From: Candidatus Poribacteria bacterium
GTDB taxonomy: Bacteria; Poribacteria; WGA-4E; PCPOR2b
NCBI GenBank assembly: GCA_965116925.1
Contig: OZ220744.1
Span: 320,001 to 384,000, forward strand
Length of the DNA: 64,000 nucleotides
Direction of reading: 5' to 3'
Part shown: positions 48,825 through 60,116 of the stretch, piece after piece
How positions within the stretch are numbered: position 1 is the first letter of the stretch
Layout: each line of letters begins with the position of its first letter
Program-made: the position numbers and the translations under genes
Notes under the pieces: model-generated
Told to the model about the DNA's origin: nothing
Seen by the model: the letters and a program-made list of their open reading frames with translations, nothing else
Database searches by the model: none

Positions 48825-50111
48825 ATGAATAATGATCTAGTCATGACCATTCGTCAGATTATGGATCAGACGGAGCTGCCGCAGACAATCTTTATTGAAG
48901 CAATTGAAGCAGCACTATACTCAGCAGCCAAGCGGCGCTACGGCTCGACACGAGGAGTGTCGATTAAAATTGATCCCGAGTTAGCGAATATTAGATGTTT
49001 TGTCCCGAAAAAAGTGGTTGAGATTATGCACCACTTTGCTACGGAAATTCCCATTGAGGAAGCAGTAAAGATTAAGCCCGATGCCCAGCTAGATGAGGTT
49101 ATTGAGGTTGAAATCGATCCAAGCGAATTTGGGAGGATTGAAGCCCAAACAGCGCGTCAAATCCTTGTCCAAAAAATAAAAGAAGCAGAACGAGAACAGA
49201 TCTATCAGGAGTATAAAGAACAGGAAGGCGAAGTCATCACAGGCTACTTCCAGCGAACCGAACGGGGGAACCTGATCCTCGACTTAGAGCGGACGGAAGG
49301 CCTCCTCCCTTATAGTGAAGTGCCTCGCCCACACAATTATCGACGGGGGGATGCACTGAAGTGCTTGATCGTCGAGGTCAACGTAGATCAGAAAGGACCA
49401 CAAATTATTCTTTCACGTACGCATAATGGTCTAATTGCCCGCTTGTTTGAAATAGAAGTTCCCGAAGTGTATGATGGCTTAGTTCAGATTAAGGCAATTG
49501 CCCGTGATCCCGGAGACCGCGCGAAGGTCGCGGTTATTGCAACAGATGAAAGTATCGATGCGGTTGGCACCTGTGTGGGTGTCAAAGGGTCACGTGTCCA
49601 AACAGTTGTAAGGGAGTTAGAGGGTGAGAAAATAGATCTCCTTCCATGGAATCAGGATCCCGCAGTCTTCATTGCGAATGCCTTGCAACCTGCTACCGTT
49701 GTGCGTGTGAACATTGAGGAAGAAAATACAAGTGCAGAAGTGATTGTGCCGGATGACCAACTATCTCTAGCAATTGGTCGGCGTGGACAAAATGCACGTC
49801 TCGCTGCGAAATTAACTGGCTGGAAAATCGATATAAAAAGCGAATCTGAAGCGGATGTACAATTTAAAGAAGAAATCGCAGAAGAATTGTTCAAACCCGT
49901 CGAGCCTGATTCGTCTACCCCAGCGGAACTCGATTTAACCGAGTTGGAGGGTATCGGTACTAAAACTGCTGAACTCCTTAAGGACTCCGGTTTCTCGACA
50001 GTTGAATCAATCGCTCAAGCAACATTGGAGGAACTCTCATTATTGCCGGGAATTGGCTCCAAGACTGCTGAGAAGATTCATCATGCTGCATCGAAGGTAC
50101 TTTCGGCTTAA
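48825..50111 (+). CDS. nusA: Transcription factor NusA with C-terminal HhH extension
   Basis: FGRIEAQTARQ, ARDPGDRAKVAV, LAIGRRGQNARLAAKLTGWKIDI. Confidence 0.98.
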   Translation: MNNDLVMTIRQIMDQTELPQTIFIEAIEAALYSAAKRRYGSTRGVSIKIDPELANIRCFVPKKVVEIMHHFATEIPIEEAVKIKPDAQLDEVIEVEIDPSEFGRIEAQTARQILVQKIKEAEREQIYQEYKEQEGEVITGYFQRTERGNLILDLERTEGLLPYSEVPRPHNYRRGDALKCLIVEVNVDQKGPQIILSRTHNGLIARLFEIEVPEVYDGLVQIKAIARDPGDRAKVAVIATDESIDAVGTCVGVKGSRVQTVVRELEGEKIDLLPWNQDPAVFIANALQPATVVRVNIEEENTSAEVIVPDDQLSLAIGRRGQNARLAAKLTGWKIDIKSESEADVQFKEEIAEELFKPVEPDSSTPAELDLTELEGIGTKTAELLKDSGFSTVESIAQATLEELSLLPGIGSKTAEKIHHAASKVLSA

Positions 50112-50157
50112 ATCTACCAAGAGGGTTGCTATTACTCATCGTTTTAAGGAGAGTCAC

Positions 50158-50445
50158 ATGGCTGCGATGCCTATCCGTACCTGTATCGGCTGCTGGGGTA
50201 AATTTCCCAAGAAAGATCTACTTCGATTTGTGCGGAATGCGGCTGGAAACCTTCAAACAGATTCAACGGGTAAGTTGCCAGGACGTGGTGCCTATGTATG
50301 CCAATCACAAGCATGCATTAATATCACTTTCAAGTCGCAGAAAATCAATACTCACTTGCGAAGCAATTTTTCAAGGCAAGTTATTGATTCTTTCAAACAA
50401 GAACTCCTTAATATGGTGAGTCATAGAAACGTAGAGGAGGTATAA
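50158..50445 (+). CDS. ylxR: YlxR/RnpM family RNA-binding protein
   Basis: PIRTCIGC..K.DLLRFV..GRGAYVC. Confidence 0.93.
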   Translation: MAAMPIRTCIGCWGKFPKKDLLRFVRNAAGNLQTDSTGKLPGRGAYVCQSQACINITFKSQKINTHLRSNFSRQVIDSFKQELLNMVSHRNVEEV

Positions 50446-52578
50446 ATGGTGAAAAGTAGTCAAACCAAGCAGAGCGAAAATACGCAAACTAAAACTAAAA
50501 AAATTAGAGTTTATGAACTCGCAAAACAGTATGGGGTAAGCAGCAAAGAATTTGTTGAAGAACTGCATGGGTATGGCATTCCTGTCAAAAACCACATGAG
50601 TACGCTGGATGCCGAAACCGTCCAGTTGATCGAGACCGAACGAAACGCTGCAAAGCCATCGCCCGCTGAACCTCCTGAAGCCAAAGTTGAACCACCTAGC
50701 ACAAAAAAGAAAACAAAAAAAACTAAAAAAGTTGCAGCTGTTTCCACTATTGACGAAGCAAAGGTTGTTGCGACAAAAACAGATCCCCCCAAAGAAGACG
50801 CAGCAATCAGTGAAGAAAAAGCAGTCACAACTGTTCCGCAGATCCAAGAAGGCATTACTGTTGGCCTCCTTGCCTCCGAACTAGGATTTAAGGGCACCGA
50901 AATGATTATGCGTCTCATGAAATTGGGGGTCATGGCGAGCATTAATCAACGCTTAGACTACCAGACACTACAAACCATAAGCAACCAGTTTGGGTTTGAA
51001 GCTGTTCGTAGATTGACGCTGGAAGAGCAAATCCTTCAGGATGAGCCAGATGATGCAGCAGATCTTCTCGCACGTTCACCTGTTATTACGATTATGGGGC
51101 ATGTCGACCACGGTAAAACATCCTTGCTGGATGCCATCCGACAATCAAATGTCATGGATACAGAGGCGGGACAGATTACCCAGCATATCGGTGCTTACCA
51201 TGTAGAATTAGAAAGTGGCAGCGTCGTCTTTCTCGACACACCCGGACACGCAGCATTTACTGCGATGCGTGCTCGCGGCGCGCAAGTAACTGACATTGTC
51301 GTCCTTGTTGTCGCAGCAGATGATGGCGTGATGCCGCAGACAGTTGAAGCACTCAACCACGCAAAAGCAGCGGGAGTTCCAATCCTTGTCGCACTCAACA
51401 AAATGGATGTCGAAAACGCTAGGCCAGATTATGTCAAGCAACAGTTGGCAGAATATGATCTCGTCCCCGAAGAATGGGGTGGACAGACAATTTTTGTTGA
51501 AATCTCTGCGAAGGAACGGATCGGTATTGAAGAGTTGTTAGAAATGCTGCTCCTTGAAGCAGAATTGCTTGAGCTCAGTGCCAATCCAAATAAACCCGCT
51601 CGTGGGACAGTTGCCGAGGCTAAATTGGATAAAGGACGCGGGCCCGTGGCGACTGTGCTTGTCCAAAGTGGGACTTTACATGTTGGTGATACCTTTGTTG
51701 CTGGTCGTTATTACGGAAAAGTTCGTGCCATGATAAATGACCGAGGGCAGCGTGTGAAAAATGCGCCACCCTCAACCCCGGTCGAGGTACTTGGTTTTAC
51801 AGGAGTGCCGGAAGCTGGAGATCAATTTTTTGCGGTTGCTTCTGAAAGAGATGCAAAAGCACTTAGCGAATCTCGACAAGAGCAACATCGGGCGACGCAA
51901 CTAGGACCGCAGAGCCGTGTCAGTTTAGATGATCTCTTCGACCAGATACGGGAAGGCGATATTAAAGAGCTAAATATCATTGTTAAAGGTGACGTACAAG
52001 GTTCCGTCGAAGCTGTCTTTGATTCCCTGCAACGATTAGGCACAGATGAAGTCAAGATTAATGTGATTCATCAAGCTGTTGGTGGAATTACCGAAACGGA
52101 TGTGTTACTGGCATCTGCCTCCAACGCGATTGTTGTGGGCTTTAATGTCCACCCCACGACTGGTGCCTTAATCGCGAAGGAGAACGAAGACATTGATGTC
52201 CGGACTTATAGCGTGATTTATAACCTGATTTCTGATGTTCAATCAGCGATGGAAGGGTTGCTTGAACCCGAAGTTCGAGAGGTGGTTGTCGGTAGAGGAA
52301 TTGTTCGAGAGTTATTCAGGACACCACGCATGGGTACGATTGCAGGCAGTTATGTGAATTGGGGGCGAATCATTCGTAACTACGCCCTCCGCGTCCTACG
52401 AGACAATCGTCTAATCTACGAAGGGCAGGTTGATTCGTTACGACATTTTAAGGAAGATGTTACTGAGGTCCAGGCAAACTACGAGTGTGGGATCGGTGTC
52501 AGTGCGTTTGATGATTTCAAAGTGGACGATGTGTTGGAGTGTTATACCCACGAGCGCATACCACGTTCATTGAGGTAG
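50446..52578 (+). CDS. infB: Translation initiation factor IF-2
   Basis: [32 protein letters not shown]. Confidence 0.99.
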   Translation: MVKSSQTKQSENTQTKTKKIRVYELAKQYGVSSKEFVEELHGYGIPVKNHMSTLDAETVQLIETERNAAKPSPAEPPEAKVEPPSTKKKTKKTKKVAAVSTIDEAKVVATKTDPPKEDAAISEEKAVTTVPQIQEGITVGLLASELGFKGTEMIMRLMKLGVMASINQRLDYQTLQTISNQFGFEAVRRLTLEEQILQDEPDDAADLLARSPVITIMGHVDHGKTSLLDAIRQSNVMDTEAGQITQHIGAYHVELESGSVVFLDTPGHAAFTAMRARGAQVTDIVVLVVAADDGVMPQTVEALNHAKAAGVPILVALNKMDVENARPDYVKQQLAEYDLVPEEWGGQTIFVEISAKERIGIEELLEMLLLEAELLELSANPNKPARGTVAEAKLDKGRGPVATVLVQSGTLHVGDTFVAGRYYGKVRAMINDRGQRVKNAPPSTPVEVLGFTGVPEAGDQFFAVASERDAKALSESRQEQHRATQLGPQSRVSLDDLFDQIREGDIKELNIIVKGDVQGSVEAVFDSLQRLGTDEVKINVIHQAVGGITETDVLLASASNAIVVGFNVHPTTGALIAKENEDIDVRTYSVIYNLISDVQSAMEGLLEPEVREVVVGRGIVRELFRTPRMGTIAGSYVNWGRIIRNYALRVLRDNRLIYEGQVDSLRHFKEDVTEVQANYECGIGVSAFDDFKVDDVLECYTHERIPRSLR

Positions 52579-52610
52579 AAACGAAGATTGCACCGGCGAG
52601 CCCTTCTGTT

Positions 52611-52750
52611 GGATCATGTAAAGAAATTGTGTAACCGAAACCGACTGAGTTCATGAGTTCACCCGTTTATTAATGAACCAATGTACGAATGAACCAGTGA
52701 ACAAATAGTTTTCACGTTTTACGCATCACGCTTTACGCTTTTTGCACTTA
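52611..52750. mobile_element. MITE remnant (GGCTCATG family)
   Basis: Homologous to 46753-46898. Confidence 0.65.
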
Positions 52751-53034
52751 TGCATATTGGTGTCTGTACAATTTGGCTAACCATTCCAGATAGCCATTCG
52801 CTCAAACAGAAGCGGCAGGTGGTTAAAAGCATCACCGACCGCCTGAAAAATCGCTTTAACATCGCTGTTGCCGAAGTTGATCGGCTTGACACGCATCAGC
52901 AAGCTGTGCTTGGGGTGGTATCTGTTTCAAATGATAAGAAGCATCTCAATCGTGTTTTATCTTATGTTGTTAACTTTGTCGAGGATGCCTTGTTGGCAGA
53001 ATTAACAGACTACGAAATTGAAATTCTGTCCTGA
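52750..53034 (+). CDS. ylxP: DUF503 (YlxP) protein
   Basis: SHSLKQKRQVVKS..RFNIAVAEV. Confidence 0.92.
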   Translation: MHIGVCTIWLTIPDSHSLKQKRQVVKSITDRLKNRFNIAVAEVDRLDTHQQAVLGVVSVSNDKKHLNRVLSYVVNFVEDALLAELTDYEIEILS

Positions 53035-53057
53035 TGAGAGAGAATCTGAGGGAGATA

Positions 53058-53447
53058 ATGCCAGGAAGACGTACAGACCGCGTGAGCGTGCTTATACAAA
53101 GAGAATTAAGTGACATCATTCAACGAGAGCTTAAAGATCCGCGAGTCGGCTTTTGCACTATTTCTCAAGTTCAAGTTTCCACAGATCTGCGGTATGCGGA
53201 TGTCAAGGTGAGTGTCGTTGGTGACAAGCGGCAGAAACGGAACTCAATAACAGGACTTAAAAATGCTGCCGGTTTCCTGCGGCGTGAGGTAGTGCAACGA
53301 ATTGGCTTACGCCACGCCCCTGAACTGCGTTTTGAATTAGACGATTCTGTAGATCAATTAATGCGAATAGATCGCCTGCTCAAACGAATTCATACCCAAG
53401 AAAAAGTTTCATCGCCTGCCGATGACGAGGCTATTGAGCCGAATTAG
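53058..53447 (+). CDS. rbfA: Ribosome-binding factor A
   Basis: LKDPRV, DLRYADV, LRHAPELRFELD. Confidence 0.97.
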   Translation: MPGRRTDRVSVLIQRELSDIIQRELKDPRVGFCTISQVQVSTDLRYADVKVSVVGDKRQKRNSITGLKNAAGFLRREVVQRIGLRHAPELRFELDDSVDQLMRIDRLLKRIHTQEKVSSPADDEAIEPN

Positions 53448-53457
53448 TTCAGCCGCT

Positions 53458-54432
53458 ATGGAAGATTATCAAGCAATTTTACGGGTCTTTGACCAACATC
53501 AGTCTTTTGCACTCTCAACACATGTCAATCCGGATGGCGATGCACTCGGATCCGAATTAGCTCTCTACTCCTTCCTCAAAGACCTCGGCAAACAGGTCAA
53601 AATTTTCAACACCGATCCCGCGCCACCGAATTACAGATTTCTTCCCTTCTGCGATGCCATCTTGTCTGTCAAAGCCTTTCAGAATGACTTTCCCGAAGTT
53701 TTGGTCGTTCTTGATGCAGGTGTGTTGAAACGCATCGGTGCTTACCTATCCCGCTCCCTAGTCCCGACCAAGGCAACCGTCAATATTGATCACCATACCG
53801 CTGCGGAGCCCTTTGGAGATTACAATCTCGTCGAAACTGATGCCTCATCAACATCGGAAATAATCTACCGATTGATCCAACATCATGGAACTCCAATAGG
53901 AAAGGAACGAGCGCTTTGCCTTTACACAGGGATTATGTTTGATACTGGTTGTTTTCGATATTCAAATTCGACGCCGATGGCGCACCATGTTGCAGCGGAA
54001 CTAATTCAGGAAGGGATCTCCGTTGATGAAGTATATCGGGCTGTCTACGAGAGTTTGCCTATTGGAACTATTCTGTTGCTTGGCGAAGTTTTCCAAACAC
54101 TCGGCACAACACCTGATGGTAAAATTGGCTGGTTGTATGCAACACAGGAGATGTTTCGTAAAACCAGAACAACCCGCGACGACGTGGATGGATTTATCAA
54201 TCATATCCGCTCGATTGACACCGTTGAGGTGGCAATCCTCGTGAGTGAAAAGAAAAATGGTGAATCGAAAGCGAGTCTGCGGAGCAAATCGGCTATTGAT
54301 GTTGGCGAGATTGCTTCCGTATTTGGCGGCGGTGGACATCAACGCGCTGCCGGCTGTGAAATCGACGCGCCTTGCGAAGAGGCGATCTCACAACTCGTGG
54401 CGATAACGCAGCAACGAATGAGGGATGAATAA
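53458..54432 (+). CDS. nrnA: DHH/DHHA1 oligoribonuclease / pAp phosphatase
   Basis: HVNPDGDALGS, IDHH, DTGCF, GGGGHQRAAG. Confidence 0.93.
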   Translation: MEDYQAILRVFDQHQSFALSTHVNPDGDALGSELALYSFLKDLGKQVKIFNTDPAPPNYRFLPFCDAILSVKAFQNDFPEVLVVLDAGVLKRIGAYLSRSLVPTKATVNIDHHTAAEPFGDYNLVETDASSTSEIIYRLIQHHGTPIGKERALCLYTGIMFDTGCFRYSNSTPMAHHVAAELIQEGISVDEVYRAVYESLPIGTILLLGEVFQTLGTTPDGKIGWLYATQEMFRKTRTTRDDVDGFINHIRSIDTVEVAILVSEKKNGESKASLRSKSAIDVGEIASVFGGGGHQRAAGCEIDAPCEEAISQLVAITQQRMRDE

Positions 54433-54587
54433 ATCTGAATTACAATAAGCGTTGAGACATGGAGATTTGTTAGGAGATTGGGGTAGGTTTCACCGTAAGT
54501 CATGGGGTTGATCGTTTCAATTAGGCATACAAAATGGTGTTTGTTTAAGTTGATCGGACTGTTTCGGTAAAACCCCCTTGATAGACA

Positions 54588-55304
54588 ATGGGCATTCACG
54601 GTGTTCTTAATCTGAATAAACCCACAAAGATTACCTCAAGGCAAGCGGTCGATTGCGTGAAACGCATACTAAATGTAAAAAAGGCAGGACATGGCGGTAC
54701 GCTCGATCCAGATGCTACCGGCGTTTTGCTCGTCTGTCTGGGAGATGGAACAAAACTATTTGAGGCGTTACAGGCTGGTACAAAAGAGTATGAAGGTACG
54801 CTTATATTGGGGATCACAACAGATACCCTTGACGCCAGCGGACAAATCATCAAGACTGCGGATACGGATCGGATAACCCCCGATCAAATTCGAGCTGTCT
54901 GTCAGCAATTTGTTGGGGAAATTGAGCAGATGCCGCCAATGTTTTCCGCTGTAAAACATAAAGGGAAACCCCTGTACAAGTTGGCACGCAGAGGGATTGA
55001 GGTCGAGCGCCGTTCGCGACAAGTCTTCATTGAGTCTATTGAGTTACTACTGTTTAATATACCTGAAGTCCATTTCCGAGTTGTTTGTTCTAAAGGAACG
55101 TATATTCGAGTCCTTGCTGCAGATATTGGAGCAGCCTTAGGTTGTGGTGCCCACCTTTCAGAACTGACCCGCACACGATCGGGCGTATTCAAAATCGAGG
55201 CGGCACACACATTCGATAGTCTTAAGCGTACCCCCGAATTGGCTTATCAGGCTGTGACCCCAATTGATGTAGTGGATGATATGCTGCATCGGCAGTTGCA
55301 TTGA
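54588..55304 (+). CDS. truB: tRNA pseudouridine(55) synthase
   Basis: KAGHGGTLDPDATGVL, CSKGTYIR. Confidence 0.97.
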   Translation: MGIHGVLNLNKPTKITSRQAVDCVKRILNVKKAGHGGTLDPDATGVLLVCLGDGTKLFEALQAGTKEYEGTLILGITTDTLDASGQIIKTADTDRITPDQIRAVCQQFVGEIEQMPPMFSAVKHKGKPLYKLARRGIEVERRSRQVFIESIELLLFNIPEVHFRVVCSKGTYIRVLAADIGAALGCGAHLSELTRTRSGVFKIEAAHTFDSLKRTPELAYQAVTPIDVVDDMLHRQLH

Positions 55305-55343
55305 CTTGATGATTTTTGATCGTCGGTCTCTGGAGATTGAATC

Positions 55344-56294
55344 GTGCAGATTTACTATGATCTAGAAGCCCTTTCTGAATCGTTTCAGGAGTCTATCGTT
55401 ACCGTTGGTGTATTTGATGGACTACACATTGGACATCAAGCGGTTATCCAACAGGTTTTGACCCAAGCAAAAAAAAACAAGCTAGCGAGTTTTGTGCTGA
55501 CCTTTGACCCTCCGCCCTTGGCTTTCCTGGCTCCTGAAAGATGTCCGCCAGCTCTGACACCCCTTCCAAAGAAGATTGAAATATTAAAACAGCTCGGTGT
55601 TGATGCTGTGGTTTTTGCACGCTTTGATGCGTACTTACAGCAGATGTCTCCTAATACCTTTGTTCAACAAGTTCTACTGCAGCGATTGCACGCCAAACAA
55701 GTTATTGTCGGTTATGATTGGCAGTTTGGCAAAGGACGGTCCGGCAACGCCGACGCCTTAAAGAAGCTTGGGGATCAGCATCAATTTGATGTAATGATTG
55801 TCGGGCCCGTACAACTTCACAACAAGCCCGTTCATAGTACACGAGTCCGTGAAGCAATTGCAGACAGTAACTTTAACCTCGCATCAGAACTCCTAGGACG
55901 CCGATACTCAATCGTGGGTGAGGTAGTAAAAGGCGAGGGACGTGGCCGGCAGATTGGGTTTCCTACTGCCAACGTTGATGCCGGAAATCAGATGTTGCCG
56001 CCAAGTGGAGTTTACGCCGTACAGGTTAAGTTGGAGGGCTGTATGTTCGCCGGCGTGCTAAATATGGGGACCAGACCTACATTTGACGGAGAAAAGTTTC
56101 AGATTGAAACCCACCTATTTGATTTTGAGAAAGTGATATACGGAAAAAAAATAGAAATCTCTTTCATCGAAAAGATTCGGGCTGAACAGAAATTTCCAAA
56201 CCCAGAGATGTTAGTTAAGCAGATTAAACGAGATGTTACTATGGCTAAAGCCATTTTGAAGCGAATGAAGGACAGAAATGTGCATTACTGCTAA
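55344..56294 (+). CDS. ribF: Riboflavin kinase / FAD synthetase
   Basis: GVFDGLHIGH, GFPTAN, GTRPTF. Confidence 0.97.
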   Translation: MQIYYDLEALSESFQESIVTVGVFDGLHIGHQAVIQQVLTQAKKNKLASFVLTFDPPPLAFLAPERCPPALTPLPKKIEILKQLGVDAVVFARFDAYLQQMSPNTFVQQVLLQRLHAKQVIVGYDWQFGKGRSGNADALKKLGDQHQFDVMIVGPVQLHNKPVHSTRVREAIADSNFNLASELLGRRYSIVGEVVKGEGRGRQIGFPTANVDAGNQMLPPSGVYAVQVKLEGCMFAGVLNMGTRPTFDGEKFQIETHLFDFEKVIYGKKIEISFIEKIRAEQKFPNPEMLVKQIKRDVTMAKAILKRMKDRNVHYC

Positions 56295-56420
56295 GTCTCA
56301 CTTAGATTGAAAGAGAATTTGATTTACAAAACGCTTGGGTTTATGGTATATTTACCCGTATGTATATGCAAAAAACGCATAGCGTATAAAAGGGAAAGAT
56401 GAAAAAGGAGGTGAATTTGT

Positions 56421-56711
56421 ATGGGGCTTGCAGTTGATCAAAAAAGAGAATTGGTCGAAGCATATAAAACCCATGATAGCGATACCGGGTCACCAGAAGT
56501 CCAGGTGGCAATTATCCAGACTCGCATCCGGGAGTTGACGGAACATTTTAGGACACATAGAAAAGACCATCATTCGAGGCAGGGACTATTTAGACTCGTA
56601 AGCAAACAACGTCGGTTGTTGCGTTATCTGCACAAACAAGATGTTCAACGGTATCGTAATCTGATTACTCAACTTGGAATTCGTGACACAATTTCAGGCA
56701 GGAGAGGCTAG
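56421..56711 (+). CDS. rpsO: 30S ribosomal protein S15
   Basis: DTGSPEVQVA, KDHHSR. Confidence 0.99.
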   Translation: MGLAVDQKRELVEAYKTHDSDTGSPEVQVAIIQTRIRELTEHFRTHRKDHHSRQGLFRLVSKQRRLLRYLHKQDVQRYRNLITQLGIRDTISGRRG

Positions 56712-56746
56712 TAAACCACCGTAGAACATTGTGAGGAGGAAAGATA

Positions 56747-58999
56747 TTGAAAGTTGAAATGCAGCTTGGGAGTGAAAACCTCTCAATTGAGACAGGAAAA
56801 GTTGCCAAACAAGCAGATGGGGCGGTTTGGGTACAATACGGTGGAACGGTTGTCTTGGTGGCAGTCGTCGCTGATAAAAGAGAGTCAAATCTAGATTTCT
56901 TCCCGTTAACCGTAGATTATCGTGAAAAATCTTATGCGGCAGGGCGCATCCCTGGCGTCTATGGTAGACGTGAACCACGTCCAGGCGGGGGTGAACTCTT
57001 GACGGCGCGTTTAATTGATCATTGCATTCGCCCGCTTTTCCCTAAGGATTTCCAAGTCGAAGTGCAAGTCATGTGCACAGTGCTTGCATCTGATCAGAGC
57101 CATCCCGCTGATGTGCCTGCTCTCATCGGAACATCGGCAGCACTCAGTATCTCTGATATACCGTTTAGCGGTCCTGTTGGTGCCGTTACCATTGGAAGAC
57201 TAGATGGAGAATTTTGTGTCAATCCGACTTATGAAGAATTGGAACGATGTGAATTAGAATTTTTCGTCAGTGGAACAACCGATGCGGTCATGTCCGTTGA
57301 AGGTGGGGCGCACGAGGTGCCAGAAGATGAAGTGATTGATGCAATTGTAGCAGCCCACCAAGAGATTAAAGAGATCACTAAACTTCAAGAAGGTTTAATT
57401 GCACTTTGCGGGAAGCCTGACCGCGAGTACAAAATGAAGGAAATTGATGAAGGGCTGAGTTCGCGCATCCGAAACCTCGCTACACAGCGAATTCGTGAAT
57501 CCATTGGCATGGATCAAAAGCAGGATCGTGAAGGTTATCTCGAGCAGGTCCAGGCAGATATCCTATCGGAAATTCTTGATGATGTTGATGAAGAAGAAGA
57601 TGGTCCCGATGTTACGAAGGATGCTATGTCGATATTAGGCGACATTGAAAAAGAAGAGATGCGCCAATCAATCTTGAATGAAGGAAAACGTGTGGATGGG
57701 CGGGGAGTCACAGATATTCGAGAAATTTCGGGTGAAGTTGGTGTCCTGCCTCGCGTACACGGTTCATCGCTCTTTACCCGCGGACAAACGCAGGCACTTT
57801 GTGTAACAACACTCGGAACCAAAGGTGACGAAGATGTGAACCGAACCCTGACGGGAGAGGTGAGAAAATACTTTTTCCTACACTACAATTTCCCACCATA
57901 CAGCACCGGCGAGGTCAAGAGAATTATGGGACCCGGGCGCAGAGAAATCGGTCACGGTGCGCTCGCTGAAAGGGCGATTCAACCAGTTATTCCCGGTCGG
58001 GAAGAGTTCCGATATACAATTCGCGCAGTGTCCGAGATTCTTGAATCGAACGCGTCTTCCTCCATGGCAAGCGTATGTGGCGTAACCCTTTCATTATTGG
58101 ATGCGGGGGTGCCCATCAAAAAACCAGTGGCGGGAGTTGGTGTTGGGTTGATTAAGGAAGGTGATCGCGAGGTTATCTTGACGGATATGCTGGGTACGGA
58201 GGATTTCCTCGGCGACATGGACTTTAAGATCGCCGGCACTCCGGATGGCATCACAGCTATCCAAATGGACATCAAAATTGATGGGGTAACACCGGATTTG
58301 ATGCGAAGAGCTATCCATCAAGCAAAAGACGCACGCATGGTTGTCCTAGATAAGATGGGTGAAGTTATAGATAAGCCACGCGATGAGATCTCTCCGCACG
58401 CGCCACGTATCTATGAAATCCAAATTTCGCCCTCTAAAATCAAAGATTTGATTGGTCCACGCGGTAAAACCGTTCAGGCTATTCAAGAGGAAACTGGTGT
58501 GACGATCGATATTGAGGACGATGGGAGGGTCGAACTTTCATCATTCAATGCTGAGGCTGCTAACAAAGCTGAAGAGATGATTCTCTCCATTACTGCGATT
58601 CCTGAGGTCGGCAAAGAATACGCCGGAAAAGTTACCCGGATAACAGGATTTGGTGCTTTTATTGAGATTATACCCGGCCAAGACGGATTACTTCATATCT
58701 CTCAAATGGGAGATGGGTACGTCCGACAGGTTGAAGATGTGATGAACATCGGCGATGAGGTCGCTGTACGTGTCATTGAGATCGATGACCAAGGACGGGT
58801 TGACCTGACGCTTGCAAGCAACCCGGTAAGCGAAGATTCCACTGCGTCAGAGCGAGGGGAGTCACGAGATCGGGGGAGTTCGCGTTCACGAGACAACCGT
58901 TCAAGCAGAGGACCCCGTGATGGTCGTAACTCGCGGCACAATCGCAACAGCGATTCACGAGATCGGCGTCCACCAAGAATCCCCAAAGGGAGATTTTAG
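56747..58999 (+). CDS. pnp: Polyribonucleotide nucleotidyltransferase
   Basis: FFPLTVDY, FTRGQTQ, RREIGHG, GDMDFK, KH and S1 domains, Arg/Ser-rich tail. Confidence 0.99.
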   Translation: MKVEMQLGSENLSIETGKVAKQADGAVWVQYGGTVVLVAVVADKRESNLDFFPLTVDYREKSYAAGRIPGVYGRREPRPGGGELLTARLIDHCIRPLFPKDFQVEVQVMCTVLASDQSHPADVPALIGTSAALSISDIPFSGPVGAVTIGRLDGEFCVNPTYEELERCELEFFVSGTTDAVMSVEGGAHEVPEDEVIDAIVAAHQEIKEITKLQEGLIALCGKPDREYKMKEIDEGLSSRIRNLATQRIRESIGMDQKQDREGYLEQVQADILSEILDDVDEEEDGPDVTKDAMSILGDIEKEEMRQSILNEGKRVDGRGVTDIREISGEVGVLPRVHGSSLFTRGQTQALCVTTLGTKGDEDVNRTLTGEVRKYFFLHYNFPPYSTGEVKRIMGPGRREIGHGALAERAIQPVIPGREEFRYTIRAVSEILESNASSSMASVCGVTLSLLDAGVPIKKPVAGVGVGLIKEGDREVILTDMLGTEDFLGDMDFKIAGTPDGITAIQMDIKIDGVTPDLMRRAIHQAKDARMVVLDKMGEVIDKPRDEISPHAPRIYEIQISPSKIKDLIGPRGKTVQAIQEETGVTIDIEDDGRVELSSFNAEAANKAEEMILSITAIPEVGKEYAGKVTRITGFGAFIEIIPGQDGLLHISQMGDGYVRQVEDVMNIGDEVAVRVIEIDDQGRVDLTLASNPVSEDSTASERGESRDRGSSRSRDNRSSRGPRDGRNSRHNRNSDSRDRRPPRIPKGRF

Positions 59000-59009
59000 T
59001 ACAGTGAAA

Positions 59010-59200
59010 GTAGTAGGCACACGCCGTGTGTCGTAACTCCGCGAGCTCTTTCGCTCCCTGGTAGGCGAGGTTTCTAACCTCACCGATTTGCAGCATCCAA
59101 TCAACGCTAAAATCTGCTATAAATAGGTGAGACGGTGCGTCCCATCGGACGAAATACCAGCCATAGTGTGAGATGTGAGCGATTGCTCACATCTCACGCA
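59010..59200. repeat. REP and hairpin cluster downstream of pnp
   Basis: GTAGGCACACGCCGTGTG, GGTAGGCGAGGTTTCTAACCTCACC, GTGAGATGTGAGC..GCTCACATCTCAC. Confidence 0.7.
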
Positions 59201-59497
59201 TCACTTGTAATGTTTGGGGGTGTCTCAAGTGCAAGCCAAGTACCCCAACCGGAGGACGAGAGGAATAATTAACAGAGAACGAGATCTCCTTGATAAGAAA
59301 TGGTTGACCTACCTCTTGACATTTATCCTGGTTCTGCTGGGAGTCGTCTTTGTTCTCGCTGTGACCCGTCGCGAATGGTTAATTCACCAAGCGAAGTGGA
59401 TTGTTAAATCCGTAATACTGGGATTCGGTTTAGAATAGTCCACCCCTTCCCTATCCAATCCAATAGATACGGCAAATATTCACTCCGGAGGTTTGGG

Positions 59498-60067
59498 ATG
59501 AAACTTCCTTTGGTTTTCTCAACCACTATGCGAGATTTTGTGCGATTCGCTGCTAAACTACATACTGCGCTTTCGCTAGGCGTCTTAATTCTGATCTGTG
59601 TCGTTTCGGGATGCGGTTACGTGTCAACTTCAGACTATCTCAGTCATATAAAGACAATTGCAATTTCTCCGATTGAGATTCAGGATCCAGATTTCACATT
59701 TGATTCCTCCAATAATCCACACGATGAAATAATTCGGGCAGCACTCATTAGCCGTTTTAATCAGAAGTGGCGTGATGGAAATGACGCACGGCTGGATATA
59801 ATTATCTTGGATTACGATCTCAGACCCTCCCGTTATGATGCGAATAATCGGCCTGAGCAATTTCGCATGAGTTTAGAGATTGAGTATGAATTTAGGGATC
59901 AGAAACAGAATAAAATTATCGATCGTAGAGATAATTATGTCCAAATTCACGAATTCTATGTTGTTCAAGGGCTAGGGGAGCCGCCAGAAACGCGGGAAGA
60001 GGCACAAAAACGACTTATTGAAGAATTAGTCGATGATTTCTATAGTACGCTTGCTGAACAATGGTAG
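59498..60067 (+). CDS. LptE-like LPS-assembly lipoprotein
   Basis: Lipobox VSGCGY; HIKTIAI; ends ..W. Confidence 0.7.
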   Translation: MKLPLVFSTTMRDFVRFAAKLHTALSLGVLILICVVSGCGYVSTSDYLSHIKTIAISPIEIQDPDFTFDSSNNPHDEIIRAALISRFNQKWRDGNDARLDIIILDYDLRPSRYDANNRPEQFRMSLEIEYEFRDQKQNKIIDRRDNYVQIHEFYVVQGLGEPPETREEAQKRLIEELVDDFYSTLAEQW

Positions 60068-60116
60068 GCTGATAGATGCTTGTTGCTCGGAACGGCACTT
60101 GTGAGACCATAGGACT

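Noticed and set aside
59214..59438. Small membrane protein after pnp
   Set aside because: TTG start without a clear RBS in a repeat-rich spacer; possible but unsupported
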